Part shown: piece by piece, positions 42,088 to 52,645 of the stretch | Layout: each line of letters starts with the position of its first letter | Numbering within the stretch: the stretch's first letter is position 1 | Assembly: GCA_965222715.1 (NCBI GenBank) | Contig: OZ244961.1 | Span: 462,277 to 526,276 of the forward strand | Source of the DNA: Minisyncoccota bacterium | Lineage (GTDB): Bacteria; Patescibacteriota; Minisyncoccia; Phycocordibacterales; JABMNX01 | DNA length: 64,000 bases | Reading direction: 5' to 3' | The notes under the pieces: generated by a model | Databases searched by the model: none | Told to the model about the DNA's origin: nothing | What the model saw: only the letters and a program-made list of their open reading frames with translations | Program-made: the position numbers and the translations under genes

Positions 42088-42190
42088 TATGTCGCTTACA
42101 ATACAACAAAAAACCTTCTTGGCAAGTTACTCCCTTGCTTTCTCTATCGCTTTCTCTATTGAGAAAAATTTGCTCTACTAATAGATATAA

Positions 42191-42236
42191 ATGAAAAAGA
42201 AAATCCTTTTTGTCATAACTAAATCAAATTTTGGCG
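42191..42236 (+). repeat. 46-nt direct repeat of the GT4 gene start (copy 1); copy 2 at 42370-42415
   Basis: ATGAAAAAGAAAATCCTTTTTGTCATAACTAAATCAAATTTTGGCG occurs twice. Confidence 0.7.
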
Positions 42237-42369
42237 AAGCAATGCTAGCACATTTTAGAAACCCACGGTTTCTAACGCTCACTACGTTCGCTGTTTTCCT
42301 CAACGGGAACCTCCCGGTTCCCGACCCCTCCCCACGCCCCGCCAAAATATATTGTGCTACATTTTCATT

Positions 42370-43512
42370 ATGAAAAAGAAAATCCTTTTTGTCATAACTA
42401 AATCAAATTTTGGCGGGGCGCAACGCTATGTGTATGATCTTGCACGTTCACTACCGAGCGAGAAGTACGATGTAGCGGTCGCCTTTGGAGGTAGTGGCAT
42501 CTTACAAGATAAACTTGAGGCGGCAGGAATACGCACACTACCACTTGGACGACTTGGACGAGACGTACACTTTTTTGATGACCTATCTTCTTTTTGGCAA
42601 CTCTATAAACTTTTTAAAGATGAGCACCCTGACGTGGTCCATCTTAACAGCTCAAAAGGTGGAGGAATAGGTGCCTGTGCAGCTCGTATAGCAAGAGTAC
42701 CCTGCATACTCTTTACTGCTCATGGGTGGGCATTTAATGAGAAGAGACCGTGGTGGCAAAAAGGTATTATTGTGCTACTCGCATGGTTCACAGTTATCCT
42801 ATCCCATACAACAATCGCGGTATCGAAAAACATCAAACACCAGATGCGACATCTACCCTTCACACAAAGAAAAATGGTTGTTATCTATAACGGAGTTGAT
42901 GTTGCTGGGGTACTTTCGCAAAAAGAAGCACGTGAAGTACTACGTCATAACAATGAAAAAATACGAAACATACCAGAAGATGCTGTATGGGTAGGAACAG
43001 TCGCTGAACTTCACCCCACTAAAGGTCACCGTTACGCAATTGATGCAATAGAACGGCTTATTTCCTCAGGATATAACGTCTACTTTATTATCATTAGTGA
43101 CGGTGAAGAGCGATACGAACTTAAGAAGTATATTCAAAAACACAATCTCGAAGATCGAGTAATCCTCTTTGGCTTTCTTGACTCGGCGCCACAGTATTTA
43201 AAGGCGCTTGATATCTTTACTCTTACTTCAATATCAGAAGCACTTTCTCTTTCAATACTTGAAGCAGGGCTCTCTGAACGTGCGGTGGTTGCAAGTAATG
43301 TTGGTGGTATTCCTGAAATTATTACCCACAAAGAAAATGGATTTCTTGTACCCAAAAAGAACCCTGCTGCTATTGCGGAGGCGTTGATTCGCTATATTGA
43401 ACACCCTGAAGTGAGGGAGGTATATGGAAAAGCATTACGAGAAAAAGTAGCATCAGTATTTTCTCTTGAGAGAATGGTTGAAGAAACACAAAGACTGTAT
43501 ACAAAAAATTAA
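42370..43512 (+). CDS. Glycosyltransferase family 4
   Basis: MKKKILFVITKSNFGGAQRYVYDLA N-terminal. C-terminal ISEALSLSILEAGLSERAVVASNVGGIPEI. Confidence 0.65.
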   Translation: MKKKILFVITKSNFGGAQRYVYDLARSLPSEKYDVAVAFGGSGILQDKLEAAGIRTLPLGRLGRDVHFFDDLSSFWQLYKLFKDEHPDVVHLNSSKGGGIGACAARIARVPCILFTAHGWAFNEKRPWWQKGIIVLLAWFTVILSHTTIAVSKNIKHQMRHLPFTQRKMVVIYNGVDVAGVLSQKEAREVLRHNNEKIRNIPEDAVWVGTVAELHPTKGHRYAIDAIERLISSGYNVYFIIISDGEERYELKKYIQKHNLEDRVILFGFLDSAPQYLKALDIFTLTSISEALSLSILEAGLSERAVVASNVGGIPEIITHKENGFLVPKKNPAAIAEALIRYIEHPEVREVYGKALREKVASVFSLERMVEETQRLYTKN

Positions 43513-44672
43513 ATACCTACAAACTCTTTGTGTGTATCGTCTTTATGGGTTGCACGAGCGTAACGTCGCATCCCCATGAGCATACCGAGACCAACAAACT
43601 CAGTGATGAGGTGTGAGCCACCGTAACTCATAAACGGTAGCGTCGTTCCAGTTACCGGAAGTAGTCCTATATTCATACCAATATTTATTGCAATGTGACT
43701 TATGAGAAGTATTGCAAACCCAAGACCAAAAAGTATCTCAAAGTTAGTGGCGCCGAGCATTGCGCTTTCAAGGACTCTCCATACCACAATCCCAAAAAGT
43801 ATGAGTACTAGAATGACACCGACAAAACCCCATTCTTCAGCAAAAGCTGCAAAGATAAAATCAGTCTCGTACTCGGGTAAGAACTGTAGTTTTGATTGAG
43901 TACCATATCCAACACCTTTACCTAAAACACCCCCTGAACCAACAGCGATAGTTGATTGATAGGCGTTATACCCCGTTCCCTGTATGTCAGTCAGTGGATT
44001 AAGGAACGTCATAATGCGCGCTTTTTGATAGTCCTCAAATACGTAGGTCCACATACCAAAGAGCGCAACAACACCGATGAGAAACACCAGCAATAGATGT
44101 TTCTTTGATATACCTGATACAAGGACCATACCGAGCCATATAAGAGCAATAATAACTGCTGAACCAAAGTCTGGTTGAAGTAATACAAGCAAAAAGATGA
44201 CAAACGCATACAATCCTGAGACGAAAATGTGGCGTATGTTTGCAATTTCAATATGTCTCCGTGAGAAATATTTTGCGAGTAATAGAATGACTACGAGCTT
44301 AATAGGGTCAGATGGTTGGAGCGCAAATGCACCAAAATCAAACCGACTTTGTGCACCTTTGGTAATATCACCAAAAACAAAGAGTAGTAACAAGGTAAGT
44401 GTCGAGAGAAGAAATAGTGAAACAATGACACTGGTTCTTCGTAAAAATCTAAAATCAACAAAGCTTAAGAGAAAAAAAACACTCACCCCTACTACCGTCC
44501 AGATAAGCTGGTTTTCAAAAAAATAATTAGTCTCACCAACAAACGAATTCATAGTGAGCACCCCAGCACCAACAATAAACAAAACTGATACAAAGAGTAT
44601 CCAATCTATATGAAAGAAAAGGTTTCGAGCTCGATGTGTTGTAGTGTTGTGTTGAAAAAAACTCTGTAGCAT
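43509..44672 (-). CDS. SEDS-family peptidoglycan glycosyltransferase (FtsW/RodA)
   Basis: GYNAYQSTIAVGSGGVLGKGVGYGTQSKLQFLPEYETDFIFA conserved SEDS motifs. Confidence 0.75.
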   Translation of the reverse strand: MLQSFFQHNTTTHRARNLFFHIDWILFVSVLFIVGAGVLTMNSFVGETNYFFENQLIWTVVGVSVFFLLSFVDFRFLRRTSVIVSLFLLSTLTLLLLFVFGDITKGAQSRFDFGAFALQPSDPIKLVVILLLAKYFSRRHIEIANIRHIFVSGLYAFVIFLLVLLQPDFGSAVIIALIWLGMVLVSGISKKHLLLVFLIGVVALFGMWTYVFEDYQKARIMTFLNPLTDIQGTGYNAYQSTIAVGSGGVLGKGVGYGTQSKLQFLPEYETDFIFAAFAEEWGFVGVILVLILFGIVVWRVLESAMLGATNFEILFGLGFAILLISHIAINIGMNIGLLPVTGTTLPFMSYGGSHLITEFVGLGMLMGMRRYARATHKDDTHKEFVGI

Positions 44673-44678
44673 AAGGTA

Positions 44679-45440
44679 TTATTCTTCGAATGGCGCTCGA
44701 GGAATAATATCAATACTCGTTACCGTTTCAGTAAAACCTTGTGGCCATGTAAATACAATGTCTTCAGATGATTGTCGTGGCAGTAAACTAATGAATGTCT
44801 CTGAGGAACCAATGGCAATATTTTCTGCATTAAAGAGTGTTGCAACAACGGTGATATCAGAAATATCCGTAAATGAGCTATTAGTAATTGTTGCATCAAT
44901 ACGAGGTGTGGTTCCTGCACCCGTTAACACACGCTCTTCAACAGCGATGCCACTGACTGGACGTCCGACACGTTCCCATTGTGGTTCATCAAGAAATTCA
45001 AAGAATGTTCGAGCGACTCTTCGCTCTCCAGTTTGAATTGCACCTTCAAATACTGGAGTGATTGCATTCGGGACAAGGTATGCTCGCCCTTGTCGCTCTG
45101 CAACCAAAATATTACTTTGATCAAAAAGCTTGAATGTGTACGGAACATCACGAACACCTGCATCAAAATTTGGATTATCAATATACGCAACAGCGTTGTA
45201 TACACCAGGAACTACTTCAAACGAACGTGACCAAAGAATTGCTGGTCGATCAACTTCTGAAGGTGCAAGTAGTGTACAAGGGCCACCACGATCTACTCTC
45301 ACCTCTCCTTGATTTTGTACTCCATCAAAACATGTTGGCGCTTCATACCAGAACAAGAAGCTTGGTATGCCAAGAACAAGAAGTAAGAAGAGGAGCACTC
45401 CTCCACCATAGAGCATTTGTCTTTTTCGAGCCCATGACAT
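44679..45440 (-). CDS. Hypothetical membrane-anchored protein
   Basis: N-terminal TM (GGGVLLFLLLVLGIPSFLFWY). 253 aa. Confidence 0.4.
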   Translation of the reverse strand: MSWARKRQMLYGGGVLLFLLLVLGIPSFLFWYEAPTCFDGVQNQGEVRVDRGGPCTLLAPSEVDRPAILWSRSFEVVPGVYNAVAYIDNPNFDAGVRDVPYTFKLFDQSNILVAERQGRAYLVPNAITPVFEGAIQTGERRVARTFFEFLDEPQWERVGRPVSGIAVEERVLTGAGTTPRIDATITNSSFTDISDITVVATLFNAENIAIGSSETFISLLPRQSSEDIVFTWPQGFTETVTSIDIIPRAPFEE

Positions 45441-45456
45441 TACCTAGTATTGTACC

Positions 45457-45483
45457 AAAAAAACCGCCTAGAGGCGGCTGTGT
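45457..45483 (-). terminator. Rho-independent terminator downstream of 5S rRNA
   Basis: Minus strand CAGCCGCCTCTAGGCGG followed by TTTTTTT. Confidence 0.5.
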
Positions 45484-45774
45484 GTATCTAAAAGAAAAAA
45501 CGGGAAGGGCGGATTTTCTCTCGAATCCAAACCTTCCCGCGGTCGCGTACTTGTTACAATGCCTCGGTTAAACATTGGAGCAGCAGGTGTGGTGCGCTAC
45601 ACACCTCTATATCAGCGTAACTATCCTACACAAGGCGGTCACGTATGTGATTGAGTGGTGATGCGGCTTTATACCACCAACCACAACACCTTCTCGAACA
45701 GTAGTACTGATAGCACAGCCGCTCTTCCGCGCCACTTTTTGGCATTAACACAGGTATGGGCTCCTTCCCACCCT

Positions 45775-45888
45775 TAAAGCTGGCATCGACCTACTTTCCC
45801 CAACATAGAGTATCATCGGCGCAGAAGGGCTTAACTTCCGTGTTCGGAATGAGAACGGGTGTACCCCCTTCGCTTAAATACCAGCTTT
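45775..45888 (-). rRNA. 5S rRNA
   Basis: Plus strand GGCGCAGAAGGGCTTAACTTCCGTGTTCGGAATGAGAACGGGTGTACC is the reverse complement of the conserved 5S core (CCGAACACGGAAGUUAAGCCC...). Ends are approximate. Confidence 0.55.
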
Positions 45889-46048
45889 AAAGGTGCGAAA
45901 AAATGTAAGAATATAAGCAGCGTTCAGATTTCCTAATAAGAGACAAACGACGAATTAGTACTCCTTGGCTAAACACATTACTGTGCGTACACCGAGAGCC
46001 TATCACCTAATCATCTCTTAGGGGTCTATGATTTCTTATCTTGAGGTT

Positions 46049-46081
<33 letters not shown>

Positions 46082-46225
46082 GTTCCCGACATAGCTACTC
46101 GGCAGTGCTCCTGGCGGAACAGCCGATACACCAGAGGTCAGTTCATTCCGGTCCTCTCGTACTAGGAACAAATCCTCTCAAAAATCGACGCCTACAGCAG
46201 ATTAAGACCAACCTGTCTCACGCAT

Positions 46226-46558
46226 GTTCTCATACATTACTGTATGCATTGGACTGTAGCTTTAACTGACACACCATTACAGTGCACAGATAACTGACGT
46301 TCAGTCTCTACGGGCTGAAAATTAATTTTCATTCCCTCGGTATTGTCCTTTGGAAGAGGATTCTACCGATATTAGTCAGCTTGTTCCCGATGTAATATCG
46401 GGACCGCCGTGATTGGATTGCTTAATTCCCAACCCTTTATTAAAGGGTTGGGATCCCGATTGTTACATCGGGACTTATTTCATAGACGAAAAGAATCGAT
46501 TTGTGTCGTTAGAGTGAGCGCAGACTGTGTAGCATTCCATTCAAAGAATCAAATACTA
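46226..46558 (-). other. ORF-less intron-like insertion (~330 nt) in 23S domain V
   Basis: The 23S blocks GAGCTGGGTT.AGA.CGT and CGTGAGACAG are adjacent in E. coli near position 2585. Here they are separated by ~330 nt with no rRNA counterpart. No ORF over 60 aa spans the whole insert. Confidence 0.5.
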
Positions 46559-46694
46559 CACGGTCTGAACCCAGCTCGCGTACCTTTTTAATTGACGAAC
46601 AGTCAAACCCTTGGGACCTTCTCCAGCCCCAGGATAAGGTGAGCCGACATCGAGGTGCCGAACATTGCCGTCGATATGGACTCTTGGGCAATAC

Positions 46695-46728
<34 letters not shown>

Positions 46729-47210
46729 AATCTCCAGTGCCGTCTAAAGGCAACTGTCGGTTCACTATGCTCCGCTTTCGCGCCTGCTCGAGATGTACCT
46801 CTTGCAGTCAAGCCCTCTTTTGCCATTACACTATCGGCACGGTTTCCATTCGCGCCTAGAGGACCTTAATAGACTCCTCCGTTACTCTTTAGGAGGAGAG
46901 CGCCCCACTCAAACTACCCACCAGATACTGTCTCTCGACGTTTTTTCCGTCGAGGTTAGAGAATGCAAAATAAAAGAGTGGTATTTCACTGACGACTCCA
47001 CTACCCCCAAAAGGGTAGCTTCAAAGTCTCCCACCTATCCTACGCAGTTATTTCACACCCCCAATATCAAGCTGTAGTAAAGCTCCCGGGGTCTTTTCGT
47101 CTAGCTGCAGGTAACCGGCATCTTCACCGGTATTGCATTTTCACCGAGCTCTTCCTCGAGACAGTGCCCCAGTCGTTACACCATTCGTGCACGTCTAAAA
47201 TTACTAGACT

Positions 47211-47257
<47 letters not shown>

Positions 47258-48078
47258 CAGGGCTTACACAGTCCAGCATATCTCTAAAAGAAATATACCC
47301 CCCGTGCTTAACCTTCTGGCATTGGTCAGGCGTCACCCCCTATACATCCTCTTACGAGTTCGCAGGGAGCTGTGTTTTTGGTAAACAGTCGCCAGGGCTC
47401 TTTAGCTGCGGCCTACGCAGCCAATAGAGGATTCGATATTGTACATATCGAACACAACACCTATATTGTCTCAATTATTTTCTTCTCAGTTTGAACTCCT
47501 CTATTGGCTGCACAGGCAGACCTTATTCCGAAGTTACGGTCGCTGTTTTGCCGAGTTCCTTGAGGAAGACTCACTCGTTCGCCTTGGTCTACTCGACCTG
47601 ATCACCTGTGTTGGTTTGCGGTACGGTTTTACGAATACTGAAGCTTAGAGGCTTTTCTTGGAAGCGTGCTCCTCTGAATTTGCTTTGGCGAACCGCCACA
47701 TTTCCGCTCTTCTTGGAGTTAGTGTTGCCCGGACTTCCCTAAGCAACCTCCTCAAAGCACGGACGCAAATCCGATAATGCGCTCAGAGTACAACACTCCG
47801 TCCCCTCGTCGCATATTCGTAAAGTCATGGAATATTGACCATGTGTCCATCGTCTCCCCCCTTCGGGATCGACTTAGGCCCGACTAACCCTTCGCTGATC
47901 TACATCGCGAAGGAAACCTTGATCTTTCGGCGGGCAGGAATCTCACCTGCCTTGCGGTTACTCGTGCCAACATTCTCACTTCCATACGCTCCACCATGGG
48001 TTATCCCTTTGGCTTCATCGCAGAATGGAACGCTCTCCTACCGCTTATGAACTTCATTGAGGACCTAAACGAGCGTTT

Positions 48079-48155
48079 AGGAAAATCTTGGTTGCCGCCG
48101 GGGAGATTCGAACTCCCGACCTCGTCCTCACGAAAGACGCGCTCTACCACTGAGC
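48079..48155 (-). tRNA. tRNA-like element (Thr-like, anticodon CGT) embedded in the 23S intervening sequence; imperfect acceptor stem
   Basis: GCCGTTCGTAGCTCAGTGGTAGAGCGCGTCTTTCGTGAGGACGAGGTCGGGAGTTCGAATCTCCCCGGCGGCAACCA. Canonical D-arm, anticodon arm (loop TTCGTGA) and T-arm. The acceptor has a mismatch and an extra nt. Confidence 0.4.
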
Positions 48156-48185
48156 TACGAACGGCATTTTATCCAAGATTGTGTT

Positions 48186-48261
48186 TGGCTGAGGTGGCAG
48201 GGGTCGAACCTGCAACCTCTCGCGTTTTAAGCGAGTGCTCTACCATCTGAGCTTCACCCCA
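48186..48261 (-). tRNA. tRNA-like element (Phe-like, anticodon AAA) embedded in the 23S intervening sequence
   Basis: TGGGGTGAAGCTCAGATGGTAGAGCACTCGCTTAAAACGCGAGAGGTTGCAGGTTCGACCCCTGCCACCTCAGCCA. Full cloverleaf with encoded CCA. Anticodon loop TTAAAAC gives A34-A35-A36, which is unusual. Confidence 0.4.
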
Positions 48262-49096
48262 TTCACCAAACAACAAAAAGAACTATGGAAGGCTTGATAC
48301 AATGACCCAAACCAACCACACGATAATCAAGGAAGTTCCCACTCCCCCAATGATAGTATTTCGGTTTAGTGCCATAGCACACCTCCTATTTTCCTCAATG
48401 AAATTCACAAGCCCCCAGTTTCGGTATCATACTTAGCCCCGATCATTTGCGGCGCGACATCTCTGAATGAGTGAGCTGTTACGCTATCTTTAAAGGATGG
48501 CTGCCTCTAAGCCAACCTCCTCATTGTCTGAGAAATCTCACCTCCTTAAGTGCACTGAGTATGAATTTTGGGACCTTAACTTGGGATCTGGGCTGTTTCC
48601 CTTTTGACCAGTGGAGCTTAGCCCCCACAGTCTAACTGCCGTACTGTAACTGTTGGTATTCGGAGTTTGATAGGAGTGACGAGGTTTCCCCCTATTCACA
48701 CCTTCCAGTGCTCTACCCCCAACAGGATCATACGACGCTAACCCTAAAGCTATTTCGGAGAGAACCAGCTATTACTCGGTTCGATTAGCTTTTCACTGCG
48801 TACCACAGGTCATCCGAATGCGTTGAACGACATTTCGGTTCGGGCCTCCATCTGTGTTTCCACAAACTTCACCCTGCCCATGGTAAGCTCACCGAGCTTC
48901 GGGTCGTATGCACACTACACTTATTTCGCGCTATTCACACTCGGTTTCCCTGTGACTCCACCCGAAAAGGGCTTAGCCTGCAATATACATACACTCGTTG
49001 GCTCATTCTTCAATAGGCACGCGGTCATGGCGCAAGCGCCACTCCCACTGCTTGTAAGCGTGTAGTTTCAGGTCTATTTCACTGTCCTCACCGGAC

Positions 49097-49135
<39 letters not shown>

Positions 49136-49861
49136 ATCTGAAAAAGTATTTAGCCTTACCAGTTAGTGCTGGCAGATTCACTCAAGCTATTCGTGTCTTG
49201 AGCTACTCAAGAACAACAACAAAAGAGTTGTAGAAGTTTTCACATACGGGACTGTTACCCTCTGGGGTGCTTCTTCCCAAAAGCTTCTGTTAACTTTACA
49301 ATTTGTAACTCTTCTTGTTTTAAAAACAAACGTTGTTGCCTTACAACCCCCGATACCACCTCCGTCACCTGACCATACAGATGGCAGAGGTGAAATCAGG
49401 TTTGGGCTACTCCCCGTTCGCTCGCCGCTACTACGGGAATTCCTATTGGTCTCTTTTCCTCCAGGTACTGAGATGTTTCACTTCCCTGGGTGCGCTCCTT
49501 TGCGTCAAGCACAAAGGTAACTACCTAACGTAGTTGGGTTTCCCCATTCGGAAATCTCCGGGTCAAAGGTTGCTAGTCACCTCGCCGAAGCTTATCGCAG
49601 ACATGCCACGCCCTTCATCGCCTTTTTCAGTCTAGGCATCCACCACACGCTCTTCAGATCTCCTATTAGGAAATCTAAAAACCGCTTATAAACTTACATT
49701 TTGTTTATGTCCCATCTTTCTTTTTGTTTAAAGAAAAAGATGGGACTTACCTGCATGAACCTCCTCTCTCCGAAAGTGTTGAAAAGAGGTTCAAGCTATT
49801 ATGACGTTGTCAAAGAGTCGCGTAATTCCCTATGAGCTTTTATATATCACTAGTCATCAAA

Positions 49862-49882
49862 AAAACCGCCGAGGCGGTTACG
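49862..49882 (-). terminator. Hairpin AACCGCC-GA-GGCGGTT with T-run on minus strand, upstream of the 23S promoter region
   Basis: Minus strand CTCGTAACCGCCTCGGCGGTTTTTTTT. Confidence 0.45.
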
Positions 49883-50420
49883 AGAGTCGTGAGCACCTGC
49901 TCAAGCTACCGCTTCCGCTGTGATGATTTCTTGAAAGTGTTACTCATAATTACGTGCTTGCTAGTATACACAAAGTACTTTTTTGAGTCAATAGAAATGG
50001 GAAACCGCGCGTTTCCGACCTTGATCACGGTGTGTGAATAAGGTGGAAACGCGCGGTGTGGCGGGTTTAGGCAGACTCGTCGGGTCTTAGGTCGACAAGG
50101 GAGAAAGCGGGGTAACCATCTTCGTCAAAGGATACGACGAAGACAAGTTGTAGTGCTTCATCCTTGGACACTGAGAAGGATAGAGAGTCTCCAGGTTGGC
50201 AATCTTGACCGATAGCCTTGCTAGAGCCACTTGATTCGTGAAGAATGCATGCGCGTAACATGACGAACCTCATAGGTTGTTACTTACGGCATAGCGATCT
50301 CCTTTCCTGTCTAATGAACTCCTACAATTTAGGATAACAGTATATACAAAACGAAACAACTCTACCAAGAAGGCAGAGTTGTTTCTTTGAAAAAATGTAA
50401 GAGTTCTTACGTTTGAGTCC

Positions 50421-51107
50421 TTACTTGTCTTTCACTTCGCTTCGCAACTTATCAAGGTATGCTGCTGCTGCTTGTTGTCCACCAAGACCGAATGCGAGTC
50501 CGAATCCAAGTGAAAGCGCAACAATCACACCAGTGAAGAGTGTCTGCACGAATGCAGTAGCAACTCCAAGTTGGTTAAGCGCTGCGAGTACTGCAAACAC
50601 CCAGATAGACCATTTCGCAACACTTCCAAGAAGGTTTGCTGACATCATACCTGCTGCCTTTGCAGCTCCGGCAACAACGTTGCGTGCGACTTCAGCAATA
50701 ACTGCTGCAACAAGGAGAATAAGTACTGCCACAATCACTTGTGGGAGATACAAGAGTACTACCTCTTGCAAGAAGATATTCACCTGGTTGAGTCCAAGCA
50801 CTTCAAGCGCTGCTACCAAGAAGACAATGATAACGAACCACTTCACCAATCCCCCAAGAAAACTTCCTGAGTTGAGGTTAAATCCAGCGCGGTTGAAGGT
50901 GTCTTCAAATCCTGCACTGCGAAGTGCGTTATCTACTTTGAGGGATCCAACAATCTGTGCAACCACGCGTCCGAGCACTGCTCCCACAATCCAACCAATC
51001 ACGAAGATGATCAACGCAACGATTAGACTTGGAACGAATGCAACAACACCAAGCCAGAGATCCTGGAATGACTGTTGAAGTACCTCAGTCCATGTTTGTA
51101 ATAGCAT
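50421..51107 (-). CDS. Integral membrane protein with repeated conserved TM-helix motif (MscS-associated TM_helix-like repeats)
   Basis: Three similar hydrophobic repeats (FVPSLIVALIIFVIGWIVGAVLG / GGLVKWFVIIVFLVAALEVLG / GSVAKWSIWVFAVLAALNQLG). Confidence 0.4.
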   Translation of the reverse strand: MLLQTWTEVLQQSFQDLWLGVVAFVPSLIVALIIFVIGWIVGAVLGRVVAQIVGSLKVDNALRSAGFEDTFNRAGFNLNSGSFLGGLVKWFVIIVFLVAALEVLGLNQVNIFLQEVVLLYLPQVIVAVLILLVAAVIAEVARNVVAGAAKAAGMMSANLLGSVAKWSIWVFAVLAALNQLGVATAFVQTLFTGVIVALSLGFGLAFGLGGQQAAAAYLDKLRSEVKDK

Positions 51108-51410
51108 AATAGTTGTGTAATTCTACTGCCGAATCAGGCAGTAAAGCCTAGGCTTACCACTGAGTATATACTCAGTGAACTACTATTAAGTAATAATCAC
51201 GTGCTCTCTGTGAGCACTTCGACCATATATATTTTCTAGACGTAATGTTCTACGCCTACTATATATAGTACCACCACAGAAGCACAGCTAAACCTACGGT
51301 ACTGTGGACATCGATAGATACGTTACTCTATCTAAACATGCACACAAAAACGGCTTTTCAAAGCCGTTTTGTCTATAGAAAAAATATAAGTGTGTGCGTA
51401 GTGTGTGCTA

Positions 51411-52058
51411 TTAACGAGCAGAGAATGAATCCCCATCGTATTCATCCCCTAGTGAGTTGAGCACTGTTTGGTGTGGGAAATCGAAAAGGTCACGAAGAAG
51501 CTTGTCGTAAATATCCATGCGATACATAAAATCTTGTGTTGAAAAAAGTGCGTAGCGTAACTCTCGCCCAATCTCAGACTCTATATCTCGCACTGCTCGT
51601 TCGAGCTGTGTATCTTTAATGCGATCTCCTACAACCAACAGATCAAGTGATCCATTCCAATCTTGAATAAAAGTACCCGCAACAACAACCAGTTTTGGAT
51701 TCCCTGCAGTCTTTAGCTTTTTAACAATTTCGTTTTTGTGAATTGGGGTTGCAGTGAGAAGAAAATTTCGTAATGCAACTAAATATTTAAATCGAGTATC
51801 GAGTGTCCAGCCTCTTACTTTTTTCTTTTTTATTTTTTTTGCTTTTCCACGCCCCACCTCATTCTCAATATAAAATGTTCGACGTTTAATAAGACCAATG
51901 CTTTCCATCATCGAGACTTCTTTACGGACAGTAGTTGCAGCAACGCGGGTGCGTTTTGCAATTGTCGTATTGTCAAAGTTCTCCCCTTCATTAAAGAGAA
52001 ATAGTCGGAGGATTTTCACCCGAGCAGGACTACCAAACAGTTTTCCAAGAATTTGCAT
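51411..52058 (-). CDS. Hypothetical protein with N-terminal winged-helix DNA-binding domain
   Basis: ARVKILRLFLFNEGENFDNTTIAKRTRVAATTVRKEVSMMESIGLIKRR resembles a MarR/ArsR-like wHTH. Confidence 0.35.
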   Translation of the reverse strand: MQILGKLFGSPARVKILRLFLFNEGENFDNTTIAKRTRVAATTVRKEVSMMESIGLIKRRTFYIENEVGRGKAKKIKKKKVRGWTLDTRFKYLVALRNFLLTATPIHKNEIVKKLKTAGNPKLVVVAGTFIQDWNGSLDLLVVGDRIKDTQLERAVRDIESEIGRELRYALFSTQDFMYRMDIYDKLLRDLFDFPHQTVLNSLGDEYDGDSFSAR

Positions 52059-52218
52059 GATGGTCGTATTGTACCGCTACTACTAGAGAGTGCAATACTC
52101 GAAAAAAAATATATATTAGCAACAACAGTACGCAAGGAGTATGTTGCCATATATAATATTTTGTGATTTAATACTATCCGGACTATATTTCTAAAAACAA
52201 TATAAAAGGAAATTAATT

Positions 52219-52515
52219 ATGAGTAATATATGTATTTCCGAATTATCTCCTGATTTCAAAGAAGCTGAAGATGCGCTACTTAAGCTGCTTGATCAATTTG
52301 AAAACGGCCCTGCGAGAAGAAATAAGGACATGATTGATAGACGTCTTAACCAGGCTGTGAGCGCGGCATCTTCGTTGAGAGAGGTCGAGAGATTGGTTAA
52401 GTACGTAGATCCTGGGTATCGTCCTACTTCCTCTGAGCTATTTCAAAAATGGAGAGACTGCGCAATAGAAGAATTTCCTGAACTAAGAGCCTTTCTTGAA
52501 AAATCACATGAATGA
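52219..52515 (+). CDS. Hypothetical small protein
   Basis: GGA 9 nt upstream of the ATG. Followed by a 12-bp stem hairpin at 52527-52556 and by a bidirectional terminator. Confidence 0.35.
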   Translation: MSNICISELSPDFKEAEDALLKLLDQFENGPARRNKDMIDRRLNQAVSAASSLREVERLVKYVDPGYRPTSSELFQKWRDCAIEEFPELRAFLEKSHE

Positions 52516-52595
52516 ACTCACTAGCAGCAATGCGGATTCCCCCGCATTGCTGCTTTATAGTTGCGGTTTTTAAAAATCACAGAATTATTATATGC

Positions 52596-52629
52596 AAAAA
52601 AACGCCAAGAGTACTCTTGGCGTTTTTTG
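52596..52629. terminator. Bidirectional terminator: A7 / CGCCAAGAGTACTCTTGGCG / T6
   Basis: Perfect palindrome between the convergent genes 52219-52515 (+) and rplL (-). Confidence 0.55.
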
Positions 52630-52645
52630 TATGGTGGTATACAGC

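Noticed and set aside
49811-49816. TTGACA box upstream of 23S as the rRNA promoter
   Set aside because: No suitably spaced -10 element could be confirmed by eye, so a promoter feature is not reported.
50413-51078. 221-aa plus-strand ORF antisense to the membrane-protein gene 50421-51107
   Set aside because: Low-complexity A/T/S/P-rich translation with no hydrophobic core. The minus-strand frame has clear TM-helix repeats.
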